DNA of 64,000 nt from Pristiophorus japonicus (GCF_044704955.1 NC_091977.1:220472001-220536000); one strand, 5' to 3'. Positions 36,801 to 50,200 are shown, counted from the first letter of the stretch. The notes: a model not told the origin generated them from the sequence alone. A program made the numbers and translations.

Positions 36801-39800
36801 ACCGGTGACTGGGTAGAGGCTCGCGATGCCTGCCCCGAGGAATTAAAACCCTTTCACAGGTGCATGCATGAGCTATCACTCCAAGCAGACTGCCTGATGT
36901 GGGGCAGCCGTGTCGTCATGCCTCTACGAGGCAGAGAGGCATTTGTCCGGGAGCTCCACCACGAGCACCCGGGGATCGTTCTCATGAAGGCCATAGCCAG
37001 ATCCCACGTCTGGTGGCCTGGTATTGACGCGGACTTGGAGCTGTGCGTCCGAAGGTGCACCATTTGTGCCCAACTCAGCAATGCCCCCAGGGAGACTCCA
37101 CTGAGCCCCTGGCCCTGGCCTACCAAACCGTGGTCGCGGGTGCACGTAGACTATGCGGGCCCATTCATGGGCAAAATGTTCCTCGTAGTTTTAGATGCAT
37201 TTTCAAAGTGGATTGAATGCACCATTTTAAACTCAAGCACAACCTCCACCACTGTGGAGAGCCTCGCAACCATGTTTGCAATGCACGGAATCCTTGACAT
37301 ATTGGTTAGTGACAATTGTCCATGCTTCACCAGCGCAGAATTCCAAGACTTTATAATTGACCATGGCATAAATCACGTCAAGACGGCACCGTTCAAGCTG
37401 GCCTCCAACGGCCAGGCAGAAAGAGCAGTGCAAATCATTAAACAAGGCATGCTTAAAATCCAAGGTCCCACGCTGCAGGGTCGCCTGTCGTGACTGCTGC
37501 TGTCATACAGATCTCGTCCGCACTCATTGACTGGGATCCCCCCCCGCGCAACTGTTGATGAAAAGGACTTTAAAAACAAGGCTCTCAATAATCCTCTCAG
37601 ACATGCACAAAATCGTTGAGGCAAAGCGCTGTAAGCTGACAGAGTACCATGACAGAAATTCGAGGGGGAGATGGAATGAGAGAGGGGACAAAGTGTTTGT
37701 ACTAATATATGGCAGGGGTCCCAAATGGCTTGCAGGGACAGTAACGGGCAAGGAAGGAAACAGGCTACTGGTCGTACAAATGGACAATGGCAAAACCTGC
37801 CGGAGGCATGTAGACCAAGTCAAAAGCAGATTTACCAACAACACTGTGGAACCAGAGGCAGACGACAATGTGGAACTCGCACCACACCTGGTGGACAGAC
37901 AGAGGGAACAACCTGAGGAAAGGGCAATCCCAACAGACAGCCCAGGCGAGTCAACAACAATCACACCAATCGAAACAGACAGCCCAGGCGAGATACCAGC
38001 AACCACACCCAAAGAAAAACAGACACCAAGGCAAACAACTGAACCACAACTCAGACGCTCCACGCGAGAGCGTAGACCACCTGAGAGACTGAACCTATAA
38101 AGACAATAAGACCTTGGGGGAGGGTGATGTCATGTATCTTACATTATTATATATAACTGTATCCTAACATGCTATACATGACTGTAATAAGATATGACCT
38201 GTAACCACCAGCATACCTTACCACCAGGGGTGCACTTGCAAGAGACAGGTATATAAGGACAGGTCTCAGGCAAATGCAGCATTCCAGAGCTGTGAAATAA
38301 AGGTGCAGGTCCAGAGTGACCTTGACTTCACGACATGCCTCATGTGAATCTGTACTGAGGGGACAGGACTTTACAAAAACCATAAACTTAGCGGCTTCTC
38401 CCTGGGTACATTGCTTAACTGCGAGCATGTATTACATCTGTGAACGCAGGACTCTGTAAGTCCGCATCGATACTGGGCCACCATACGTGGGATCTGGCTA
38501 TCGCTTTCATCATTACGATGCCTGGGTGGGTACTGTGGAGGTCATTGATGAAGGTGTCTCTCCCCTTCTTCGGGACCACTACTCGATTGCCCCACAGAAG
38601 GCAGTCTGCCTGTATAGATATTTCATCTTTGCGCCGCTGGAACAGCTTTATTTCTTCCTGCATTTCCACTGGGACACTGGACCAGCTCCCGTGAAGCACA
38701 CAGCTTTTGACTAGAGATAATAAGGGGTCTTGGCTTGTCCAGGTTTTGATCTGCCGAGCAGTGACGGGTGATTGCTCACTCTCAAATGCTTCCATAACCA
38801 TGGCTAGATCTGTGGGCTGCGCCATTTCCACCCCCGTGGTGGGCAATGGCAGCCTACTGAGAGCATCAGCGCAGTTTTCTGAGCCTGGCCTGTGGCGGAT
38901 GGTATAGTTGTATGCGGACAACGTGAGAGCCCATCTCTGGATGTGGGCCGATGCGTTGGTATTTATCCCTTTACTCTCGGAAAACAGGGATATAAGTGGC
39001 TTATGGTCAGTTTCCAATTTCAATTTTAGCCCAAACAGGTACTGATGCATTTTCTTTACCCCATAAACATATGCTAATGCTTCTTTCTCAATCATGCTGT
39101 AGGCTCTCTCGGCCTTAAACAGACTCCTGGATGCATAAGCAACCGGTTGCAGTTTCCCGAAATCATTAGTTTGTTGCAATACACACCCGCACCATATGAC
39201 GACACATCACATGCTAGTACAAAACGCTTACATGGATCATACAACACAAGCAAATTGTTTGAACATAACAATTTTCTCGCTTTTACAAAGGCATTTTCTT
39301 GGCTTTCACCCCAAACCCATTCGCCCTCTTTTCGTAGTAAGACATGCAGTGGTTCTAACAGTGTGCTGAGACCCGGTAAGAAGTTACCAAAGTAGTTCAA
39401 GAGTCCCAGAAACGACCACAACTCCGTCATGTTCTGTAGCCTCGGTGCGTCCTCGATTACCTCCATCTTCACATTGGTGGGCCTGATGCTGTCCGCCGCA
39501 ATCCTCCTTCCTAGGAACTCCACTTCAGGCGCCAGGAAAACGCACTTCGAGCGTTTTAACCTGAGCCCCACGCGGTTGAGTCAACTCAGAACCTCCTCCA
39601 GGTTCTGCAGGTGCTCGACTGTGTTACGATCTGTGACCAAGATATCGTCCTGGAAGACCACAGTGTGCGAGACCGACTTTAGTAAACTTTCCATGTTTCA
39701 CTGGAATATCGCCGTGGCTGATCGGATTCCAAACGGGCATCTGGTATAAACAAAAATACCTTTGTGCGTGTTGATGCAGGTGAGGGCCTTCGATGATTCC

Positions 39801-41705
39801 TCCAGTTCCTGCATCATGTAGGCTGAAGTCAGATCCAGCTTCGTGACCGTCTTTCCTCCCGCCAGCATTGCAAAGAGGTTGTCGGCTTTTGGTAGTGGGT
39901 ATTGGTCCTGCAGGGAGAAACGATTGATAGTTACTTTGTAATCACCACAAATTCTGATGGTGCCTTGAGGACTTGGACAATCGAACTGGCCCACTCGCTG
40001 AACTCGATCGGTAAAATGATGCCCTCTCGTTGCAGCCGGTCTGGCTCGATCTCTACCTTTTCTCCCATCATGTACGGTACTGCTCTCGTCTTGTGATGGA
40101 TGGGTCGCGCCCCCGGAATTTGCTCCTTGGAATTTCCCAATGCCTGGTTCAAACAGCGAAGGAAATTTGTTTAAGACCTGGGCACACAAAGTGTCGTCAG
40201 CGGGTGACAACGCTCGGACATCGTCCCAGTTCCAGCGTATCCCTCCCAGCCAGCTCTTGCCGAGCAGCATGGGACCATTGCTCGGTACCACTCAGAGTGG
40301 TAGCTTGTGCACCGCTCCATCGTAGGTGACATTTACGGCAGCACTGCCGATTACAGGAATCAGTTCTTTCGTGTAAGTTCTTAGTCTCGTGCGAACTGGA
40401 GTTAAGACTGGCCTTGAGGCCTTGTTGCACCACAACCTTTCGAATGTCTTTTTGCTCATGATGGACTGGCTCGCGCCCGTGTCCAGCTCCATTGACACCG
40501 GGAGTCCATTTAGCTCAACATTCATAATTATCGGGGGGACAAGTCGTGGAGAATGTGTGCAACCCATGTACCTCTGCCTCCTCTATCTGAGACTCTGGTT
40601 CGTAGTGATCCTCCGTGGATCTGTCCTCCTCTGCAACGTGGCGGTTTGCAGGTTTAACAGGCTTAGCAGCTCGCCTGTACACTCGTTGGAGGTGTCCCAT
40701 TGTTCCACAGCCCTTGCAAACGTATCCTTTGAATCAGCATGAATGGAAACGATGATCACCCCCGCAGCGCCAACAAGGTGTTCATGACCTTGCATTCATC
40801 ACCCTTGATGGTGGACTCTGAGACATCTGCGGATGTGCAGCTGCTTGGTATGTGTGACCTGCCCTGTACGTTACGATTCAAAAACAACATCACTTTGTTC
40901 ACAGTACTTGTAGCAGCACTTGTGTGCTGAGAGATTTGCTTCGTATTGTCACTGGTGGCAATGAACGCCTGGGCTATTGCTATGGCCTTACTAAAGGTTG
41001 GGGTCTCTACAGCCAAAAGCTTGCGAAGTGTGGTTTTGTGGCCAATGCCAAGTACGAAAAAGTCTCTGAGCATGTGCTCCAAATGTCCTTCAAATTCGCA
41101 ATGTCCTGCAAGGTGTCTCAGCTCGGTGACATAACTCGCCACTTCCTGGCCTTCAGACCTTTTGTAGATGTAGAACCGGTACCTCGCCATCAGAACGCTT
41201 TCCTTCGGGTTCAAATGCTCTCGGACCAGTGTGCACAAATCATCGTACGATTTCTCCGTGGGTTTCACTGGAGTGAGCAGATTATTCATGAGGCCATACG
41301 TTGGTGCCCCACAGATGGTGAGGAGGATCGCTCTACATTTGGCAGCGCTCTCTTCCCCATCTAGCTCGTTGGCCACGAAGTATTGGTCGAGTCGCTCCAC
41401 AAAAGTTTCCTAATCATCTCCCTTCGAAAATTTCTCCAGGATGCCCACTGTTCTCTGCATCTTTAGGTTCGCTATCTGTATCTCGTCGCCATTTGTTGTG
41501 TATGGAGAAAGAGTCAGACTGAACACTGTGAGCTCAAAGTAAAGTGTGAACATAGTCTTTTATTGCAGGTCTCCAGAGTGCATCTCCAACCTATGAAGCC
41601 TTCTTAAATACCTGTGCTCCCAAGGGATTATGGGATCCCTTGGGACTCCGGAGAATGAGCCCTCTGGTGGCTGTACAGAGTAAATACAAGTCCACATATA
41701 TAACA
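33803..41705 (-). mobile_element. Gypsy LTR retrotransposon G2 (decayed), interrupted by G3
   Basis: 5' LTR 41494-41705 (TGTTG...TAACA), PBS TGGCGACGAG at 41482-41491, gag-pol 41460 to 38376, integrase tail 34452 to 33999, 3' LTR 33803-33966 missing about 45 bp at its outer end. Confidence 0.95.
34453..38375 (+). mobile_element. Gypsy LTR retrotransposon G3 nested in G2 in opposite orientation; lacks its 5' LTR and gag N-terminus
   Basis: ORFs 34401-38100 give Zn knuckles (CWRCGGGH, CRNCEYTGHLARMC), PR, RT (VFQDDIL), RH, IN; PPT TTGGGGGAGGGTGA; 3' LTR 38128-38375 (TGTC...TTACA) with TATATAA and AATAAA. Confidence 0.95.
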
Positions 41706-42544
41706 ATACTTGTGTCAGGTCTGTGTCTCCATGCCTGTGTCAGGTCTGTGTCTCTATGCCTGTGTGCAGCTAAAGCTGTGTTGTTTACAGAGTTCCCTTT
41801 TCCCTCTGTTTTTAAAGACTTGTGTACACAAGTTGAGAATTGAAAGATAAATTACATTTAATTCATTAAATCTGTTCTAAAAGGAGATAAGTGGACGTCT
41901 GTTTTTATAACAGAAGAATGACAGAACATTACCTATAATTTGTGCAAACTTTACATTTTATATATTACATATGCGTGTGTGTGTATACATATATATGTAT
42001 AGTGAATTTATTGTCTAAATATCTGTCCTTTCAATTGTATGTTAAATGCTGGCTTTTATTTTTCAGTCCATACACAAGTGAGATGCTGTAATGCTAATAG
42101 CCTTGCATTTTCTTGGCATTATGTCAATAATGGGGACAATTAGATTAAGTAGATATCCTATTACCTCATTCTTTTGCAGCACACAGCAGAACAACATGTT
42201 TTTTTCTCTATATAAATGTTAGTCAGTAATTGTACAGTCTAATGAACAAATATTGCCCCAAGATAATCAAGTCAAATGACTTAAACACGTGGAAACCCCT
42301 CCACCAAAATAAAATCAGAACATCTCAAACTATCTGAAACATCATGTTCATTTTAAGGGATCTGGTTGTCAATCCTTAGCACAATTCAAAGTGTACATTG
42401 CTGTTTTACTTTATTCACAGATTAATCAGAATGAAGATACACTCCCTGCTACCCTGAACCGTGTATTCTGTCTGTTAGCCACACTTGTAACAGTAAAGAT
42501 GCAATGTTAAGCCCCTTTAATAGGCTGTTCTGTTGAGAATTCTC

Positions 42545-42905
42545 ATCCATGTTTTCAAATACTTCCATGGCCTCGCCCCTCCCTATCTCTGTAACCTCCT
42601 CCAGCTCTGTAACCCTTCTCGATCTCTGCCTCTTGCGCATCTCCTGATTTTAATCGCTCCATCATTGGCGGCTGTGCCTTCAGCAGCCTAGGCCCTCAGC
42701 TCTGGAACTCTCCCTAAACCTTGCTGCCTCTCTACCTCTCTCTCCATTCCTTTAGTTCGCACCTTAAAACCTACCTCTTTGACCAAGTTCCTGTCTGAAT
42801 ATGTCCTTGTGTGGCTCGGTGTCACATTTTATCTGATAATGCTGCAATGGAATGCCTTGGGATGATTTACTACATTAAAGGTGCTCTATCAATACAAGTT
42901 GTTCT
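42545..42905 (+). mobile_element. L2 3' fragment
   Basis: Same L2 3' sequence as 21355-22060 and 57450-57633. Confidence 0.8.
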
Positions 42906-42974
42906 GAAAACTGAGGAAAAATGCAGCCAAATGTGGATGTAACATCACATCACAGTGGATGGTATATTACATAG

Positions 42975-43500
42975 GATAACACAGGATATATGGCCCAGAA
43001 ACAGGCCATTCGGCCCAACCAGTCCATGCTCCATTCGAGCTTCCTCCCTTCTTTCCTCATCTAAATCTATCCACATAACCCTCTATTCCCTTCTCCCTCC
43101 TGCTTGTCTAGCCTCCCATTAAATGTATCTATACTATTTGCTTCAATCACTCCCTGTGGTAACAAGTTCCACATTCTGTGTAAAGAAGTTTCTTCTGAAT
43201 TCGCTATTGGATTTCTTAGTAACTATCTTATATTGATGGCCTCTAGTTATGCTCTTCCTCACAAGCGGAAACATTCTCTCTGTATCCACTCTATCAAAAC
43301 ATTTCATAATTTTAAAGACTTCTATTCGGTCACCCCTCAGCCTTTTTTCAAGAGAAAAAAGACCCAGCCTGTTCATCCTTTCCGGATATGTATGTATACC
43401 CTTGCATTTCTGGTATGATCCTTGGAAATCCTCACTGCACTCTCTCCACTGCCTCTATATATTTTTTTTATAATATGACGACCAGAACTGTACTCATAAC
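42975..43500 (-). mobile_element. Old CR1 3' fragment
   Basis: LGLFSLEKRLRGDRIEVFKIMK..FRRNFFTQ. Confidence 0.85.
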
Positions 43501-44059
43501 TCTAAGTGAGAAAACTCTCTATTTTACATGGGGCCGAAATTGGTCGACATACTTGGTCGTGTACCGCCGGCGTACTGCCCAAAAATGCGATTTTGTTCAA
43601 AAAACACCTACATATCGCTGGCATACTGCTTGGCGGAATATTCATCATTGACATACTGCCGAGCGGTATGCACACCGTCCGCCATGCAGGACTGCCCGCA
43701 TACCGCCCAAAGAGTGCAATTTTCATCACATACTGCCAACATACCACCGGAGCTCCATACCATCCTGGAAAAAGTGGTTTTATGCAATGTTAAGTGGGCA
43801 GGAATGGGCGGAGTGCAGTGATCCGCCATTTTGGAAATCGGGAACTGTCAGCTAAAGCAGCAGCTCTGTATTTCTGAGGTGAACTGTGATTTTACAGTGC
43901 AATTTTGATTGGAAAAGGTATATTTACTATTACTGAGTAACTTATTAAGATAGAAAGGCATTTTAGTTTTAGTTTTTTCAAGAATCGGACCTATATTATC
44001 TCAGCCTGTATTGGTCACAATCTGTCTGATAGAATAAACAGACGTGAGAAAGTTTATTC

Positions 44060-45217
44060 AGCATAGTTATAAGGGTCATGGAAGAGGTTGCAGAATGATG
44101 AGGAGGAGGAGGCCTTACCCGCGAAACATCTTCAGGGAGAAGTGTTCGTACTTGGACCTGACCGATCGATAGTGTGTCCGAAGGCTGCCCTTCCGAAAAT
44201 AAGTCATCACTGAGACTTGCCAGCTCATTAAGACAGACCTGCAGGACCAGTAGCACCAATATTACTGAACTCTCTGTCGAGATGAAAGTGACTGCGGCAC
44301 TTTCCTTTTGTGCATCTGGGCCTTTTCAGGCATCAGCTGGGGACATATGCGCTATTTCTCAGTATGTTACTCATCGGTACATTCGACAGGTAACCGAAGC
44401 ACTGAATGAACGCCGGACGGAATTTATAAACTTCCCAATGATGAGGGAGGCTCAGAGTGACAGGGCTTTAGGATTTGCACGCATTGCCAGCTTCCCCAAG
44501 GTGCAGGGTGCTGTTGACTGTACCCATATTGCCCTGCGAGCACCATTACAGGAGGCAGAGGTGTACCGAAACCGTAAGGGATTTCACTCCCTCAACATGC
44601 AGCTGGTATGTGACCATACACAGCGCATAATGGCAGTGAATGCCAACTTTCCAGGGAGCATCCATGATGCGCATATCTTGCGGGAGAGCATTGTGTCTGA
44701 CCTGTTTAAGTCTGAGCCACAAGGTAAATGCTGGATGCTGTGCGACAAAGGGTACCTGGCTCTTGGCCCCCCCTGCGGAACCCTCACACACAACCCGAGC
44801 AACGATACAATAAAAGCCATATAGCCACACGTAACATAATTGAAAAGACAATTAGAGTGCTGAAGCAGTGCTTTCAATGCTTGGACTAATCGGAAGGCAG
44901 GCTGCAATACCACCCTGAGCAGGTTGCTCAGTTCACAGTGGTGTGCTGCATGTTGCATAATTTAGCAATCACGCGGGGACAGGAATTCCCATAGGGGACT
45001 GCAGGACCACCTGAGGAGAGAGTGCAGGAGACGGAGGAGAAAGAAGAAGACAATGAGGGGCAGGAGGATGACGAGGAGCTTGCAGATGAACCCTTCGCAC
45101 CAGCCCCCCCACCCCCCCCCCCCCCCCCCCACCCCAACACCACAGCAGAGGGCACACGGAGCATATGCCACTGCAAAATTGTTACATCAGCAGCTCATAA
45201 ATGAACGCTTTGCTTGA
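44060..45217 (+). pseudogene. Harbinger DDE transposase (HARBI1-family), with stops and frameshifts
   Basis: RRPYP..SYLDL, GAVDCTHI, YRNRKGFHSLNMQLVCD, FPGSIHDAHIL, DKGY, acidic tail, ends LINERFA*. Confidence 0.93.
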
Positions 45218-45430
45218 ATGTGGAGAGCTGCTTTTTGGGACCGTCATGACTGTTACCCCAAAAGATTGACACTGTACAAGAGTGGTTAAATTCAATTCAA
45301 ACATTTATGTAAAAATGTAAAAAAATATACAATTTCAAAACTTTAACAACTTTAATAACAACTTTAACAAACATTTTACAACTTTAGTAAACTTTTACAA
45401 ATAAAACTTCAATTACAACAAAAAGACCCT

Positions 45431-47221
45431 TTACTTTCCCCACCCACACCCTCTGCCCCATCCACGCCCGCGTGCTACACCACCCTTGGGGCTATTTCCC
45501 CCTTTCTTACTCCTGCCCTTCCCTTTCCCAGTGCCCCTGGGCACGGACCTCCCCGTGTTGATAGCAAGTCGGCGTGTAGCACTGCACCCCAAGTGGCATT
45601 GCTGTCGTTGGGGCTCAGACATTACAGGCAAAATAACTGGGGCACGGCTTCAGGGCTGGAAGATGATGTCAGCTCCCCACCCTCATGTGCTGTCGACCAG
45701 ACTACTATGGCACGGGGGCGGGTGGGGTGGTTCCGCATCATGTTCCGATCCCATCGATTGCCGCATGGCTTCAACGGCATCGGCGGTTCGCTCCATCGCG
45801 GTGATCATACGCAACCTTTCCTCCAACTGCCGCTCTGATAGAGCCGCGATGTTGGTGGCTATTGTAGTCATGGCCTTGAGCAGCTCTCGACCTATGTCGA
45901 TGCTGGCCTGTGACAGATGCACCATGTCCTGGTACATGCCTACAGCAACTAACCTTTCCTGCACCAACCTCCGTCGTTGTGGCAAAGGCACTGCAATACT
46001 GGGGGTGCCTTGCTTGGTCCCGCAGAATCAGAGGAGCCATGGGGGAATCTCCTGAATATAGACTCAGTGATGGAGGATGTTCCAGCTGGCCCACATGGAG
46101 CTGGTGCATCCTCCTCCGTCTCCACCACCAGCTCCACCTCCACTGGCTCCAGGAACAGCGTCTCTTCCTCTTCCTCTTCGTCTTCATCATCTCTGCCAGT
46201 GGTGAAATCGGGAGGGGGCTGGGTGATGCTAGAGGTGGAGGCAGTGGATCTGTCGGCTGGTCTCTCTGTGTCGCTGTGGTCTGAATCATCGGAGTCTGGA
46301 AGTACAAAAGAACATTTGAAAAAGCTTGGCATCAGGGGAGGAGGGGTCAGGATTACATTCGTACATAGTAATGTGACTTAACGCAATCTTATTTATATGT
46401 CCACCACTGCTACAGTACTGCATTACATATCGCAGACAGAAAATACATATATGAATTGCGTTCCATGCCCCCAACATTGCAGTACATGAGGCCAACAATA
46501 AACTTACATGACATTACATCAGGCCAACATTACAGTTACAGTTACATTACACAACATGAGAGGACCGCAACACAAACTGCATTTTATTCAACTTACCATC
46601 TTGTGTGAGTGGGTCAGCTCCAATGCCAGTGGTGGTACGGTTGCTATCCCCGACCAGGGACAGGGCATCGATCTCCATGTCAGTAAGAGGCTCCTGGGTT
46701 GTGGGTCCTCCCCCCGTGCGACGCTGATCGGCTGCTATTGCAGATGTCTTCTGCAAAAAGTAAAGTAAAGTAAATCAAAGTAAAAATCTTTAATCCATTT
46801 AACATCGCACGTTTACACACACACACAAACAAAAAAAAAGCACTGTGTTGATCCTCTTGCCATTGCCTGAAAAGATTGAATACATCGCCGTAACCTTAAG
46901 ATAAATAACATCATCCGTGTGATACTGAACCTACATTTACATGGTACATAGCACAATGTGGGGGGTGGTGGGGGGGTGCATAAATAAAATCATTACTTAC
47001 TCTTGTGTCTCTCACCAGGTTATTCCACCTTTTACGGCACCTTTCACCGGTGTGTACCATTGTACTTTTCGAGGACACAGCCTCTCCAATCTCGTCCCAT
47101 ATTCAGTTGGACTCATTTGGGGGGGCTTTCCACGACCCACCTTGGTTAACTCGGAGTACCTCTCTTTTATGTGCTCCTTCTCGATGTTCCTGTGCTTTGA
47201 TGTCTTTTTTAACATTGCCAT
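45431..47221 (-). pseudogene. Harbinger Myb/SANT (trihelix) DNA-binding protein; 3 exons (about 47221-47001, 46750-46597, 46295-45431), frameshifted
   Basis: IWDEIGEAVSSKSTMVHTGERCRKRWNNLV | KTS..RRTGGGP..LTDME; canonical GTAAGT donors and TTTTGCAG / TTCCAG acceptors with compatible phases; acidic, coiled-coil and RG-rich C-terminus. Confidence 0.88.
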
Positions 47222-50200
47222 AATCTTTGTATTTGTATGATTTTTGCTTTGTTAAATATCTCTTCTTAGTCTTCAAACTGAAGAATTATTAGTTGGTAGG
47301 AATATATTTGGTATTTTTCAAGTAACTGCCTGTCGACTAGCTTTCTGCTCCTTCTCACACTCTCTCCCCCCCTCTTCAACTCACTGCGCATGCGCGGGTG
47401 ATCCCTGACCCCCGAAATTGCGGTAAAAGGCTTGTATAAAAAAAACAGAGAAAAAAAATTTGCGCATGCGCAGTTTCATGCCACACCACCCATCGAGGAG
47501 GTAGTCAATCGGATCGACTAGTAGGATACATACCGCCCGATGTAGACCGCCAACATAACACCAACAAAATGTTGACCAATTTTGTCCTCTTCAGTCTCGG
47601 CAGTATGCCGGCAGTGTGAAACGATGTACCGCCGGCATACTGCCGAGAAATGGGTGGACCTCACACATTGACCATTTTTGGGCCCTAAATGTTTTAAGTT
47701 TTCTGCCAGTTGGAATTATTAAATATAAAAATCTGACACTACGTGTGTGATTAGTGGAGTAATGATACCATTGGGTGCTTTCTTGTTTAAAAACTTGATG
47801 AAAATGTTTCTGCTGTTCATTAATGTTAAAAAAAAATGTTAATATGAGTAGAAAGCAGGTTTGTCACACTTTTTGTAAAATATTGTGTTTTATTTGGAGA
47901 ATAATCCCTCTTCCCGGTAAGAATTCTTTCCAGATACTCTGGCAGATGTCAGTGTCCCTTTAAAGGTTAGGTTTTCCAAATCTGTGCTTGCAGTGGGGTT
48001 CTGGATCAGCTCCAGCGTCTATTCAAGAATTCCAGAAATGTCTATCCATTGATCCCAGCCATGACGGGGAAGATTCCTCACCACTGGCACAGACCTGGAC
48101 AAAACCACCTTTACCTGTTCACTGTTGTCTAGATTTAATTAGTTATTGGTGTCAATACACTGAGACAGAAAAAGTATGCTTAAGCCAACAGATAGCAAAT
48201 CGGTAACCCACTCACACTCTGCATGGTTTTCTTTTCTATTGACTTGAATTGGGCGGGCCGTAAAGCTCGCTGCTGATTCGCTATCGCCCATTTTGCTTGA
48301 ATGCCCACGATGAATTTATACCCCGGCCTGTTTTAATGTTGTACAAAACGCTTCCTGTGTGATGCTCCGAATTCATCCACCAGTGAGGAACACATAACTA
48401 CCAGTACTTTGCTCACATATTAATACAGATCAAAATATTCTTTCTAGACACTGTCCCAAGTTATTGAAGGCCAAACTCTCTAATCTACTTGGTACAGCAG
48501 TATGTTTTTTTTTGAGCTATATATGAAAATTTCACCTACTCACTGTGACACTTCACTGAAATGCTTGTGAGGAGATTGAATATCATGAAATCTTGTCTAT
48601 TGCAGAATCACACCATGTTAGGACTTTTGCTATATCTACAGGGGCTTCATTCTGTTAAGGAGCAGGAGATAGCATCACTAACTTGAGATTTGATAAAACA
48701 GGGCAAGTGAGAAGGATGCTTTCTGGAAACTAACTGCACATTCAATCATCCAGAGAATGTGAGCCCAACACTTTCCCAACTTGAATTTACTGCACTCTGC
48801 TGTTTCATGTTGGGATCTTAATCTAAAACGGACTCAGTAATTTTCATTAAGAAGATTGTGATCCTGAGGAATGATCCCTGTCGTTGAATTAGTTTGAATG
48901 CTTTTCTGAAAGTATACTAAAAAAAAATCAGTTAGTGCAAGATTATTTTGCTAATTCTATGGGCTAAATATTAGTGTGCAGAATTATTTTTTGTTATAAA
49001 TGGAGTTATGGGAAAAGAGCGGGAAAATGGGGTTAGATTAGATAGTTCTGATGTGGTACTGGCATGATGGACAAAATAGGTGGTTGTTCTGATATATCTA
49101 TGATTCATTTCATCTGAATTCACTGTGGACTGCTTCATTTCATTTAGAGAATGCTGTATGTGTAAACTAACACTGCTGGTTCTCCACTGAACTGTAAAAG
49201 CACTTTAGCAAGTTCTCCCTGAAAGCTAAGGGAACACAAAGGTGCTCTGCTTTTTCAATGGGATTGGGCAGGCAGGTAGGAATAGTCACTTCAACTCTTG
49301 TCCAGGCTGAAGCAGACTGCCCTGAGGGAGAGGCTGAGCTGAGGCCAGGAATGTTCCCATAGGGACAACAGCAGAGTCGTCACCAGGATGCTGCCCTCAG
49401 TGGCTGTCTCGGGAATGGCATTGGCAAGGAGTCGGGGAGCAGATTGTTGGGGTTCAAGAGGTGCAAATCCCAGCGAGACCAGGAAAAGTGAGGAACAATT
49501 ATTAGAGAGAAACTTAAAAGGCCAACATGCCCTCAAAAAAAAAGTTATGGAAATTCAAGGTTTAGTGGATTAATGATAAAGATTTAGATACTTACAATAA
49601 GCTAAACCAGTGCTGAGATTCAGTTTTGTGCATGTGAGAACAAATCACAAGGCAATAAATCAGTCCAACTGATGTAGGAATAACAAATAAATAATTCCTT
49701 ATCATTTTCTCCAAAGATGTACTGGTGCTGCTTCACGGCCCCAGTGCTGCCTGGTCAGTTCTGTTTATTTATAGGACTGTCAGTACATCTGCAAGCTGAA
49801 CCTTCAGCCCATCCGAGTGCTATGCTCGCTCGGTATTTCTTTGTCACCGGGCATCCCGAGATTTAAAAACAATTTGCTCACAATCTACTGCTTGATTCCC
49901 TCACATGCCTATATATTCCATTATTGGGAAAGGTTTCAGTTGGAAATGCAAAAGGTCCTGTTTACAGTAAACCATACATGCTTTTTATGACCATAATCAT
50001 TTCTCTGTGAGATGTAGCTGTTGACGGTGTCAAATATGTAAGCACTTAATGTCCTTAGGAGGGTAACAGATAGATCAAACAATGCGCTGGCATGAACACA
50101 AAATCAATGTGTCTCAGGATTTTAAAATTATTGTGGTCACCAAACAAGGTCATAGTTCTTTCCTAGTGATCCATGTTGGGGAAAATCTCTAGGGACATAG

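Larger units (their letters stand above)
43530..47685. mobile_element. PIF/Harbinger DNA transposon, full two-gene structure, decayed
   Basis: Imperfect 16-bp TIRs GGGGCCGAAATTGGTC / GACCATTTTTGGGCCC (13/16), subterminal CATACYGCC repeats at both ends, convergent transposase (+) and Myb/SANT (-) genes. Confidence 0.92.

Noticed and set aside
44174-44824. Domesticated host HARBI1 gene
   Set aside because: It has stops and frameshifts, lies between TIRs and is paired with a Myb gene, so it is a transposon copy
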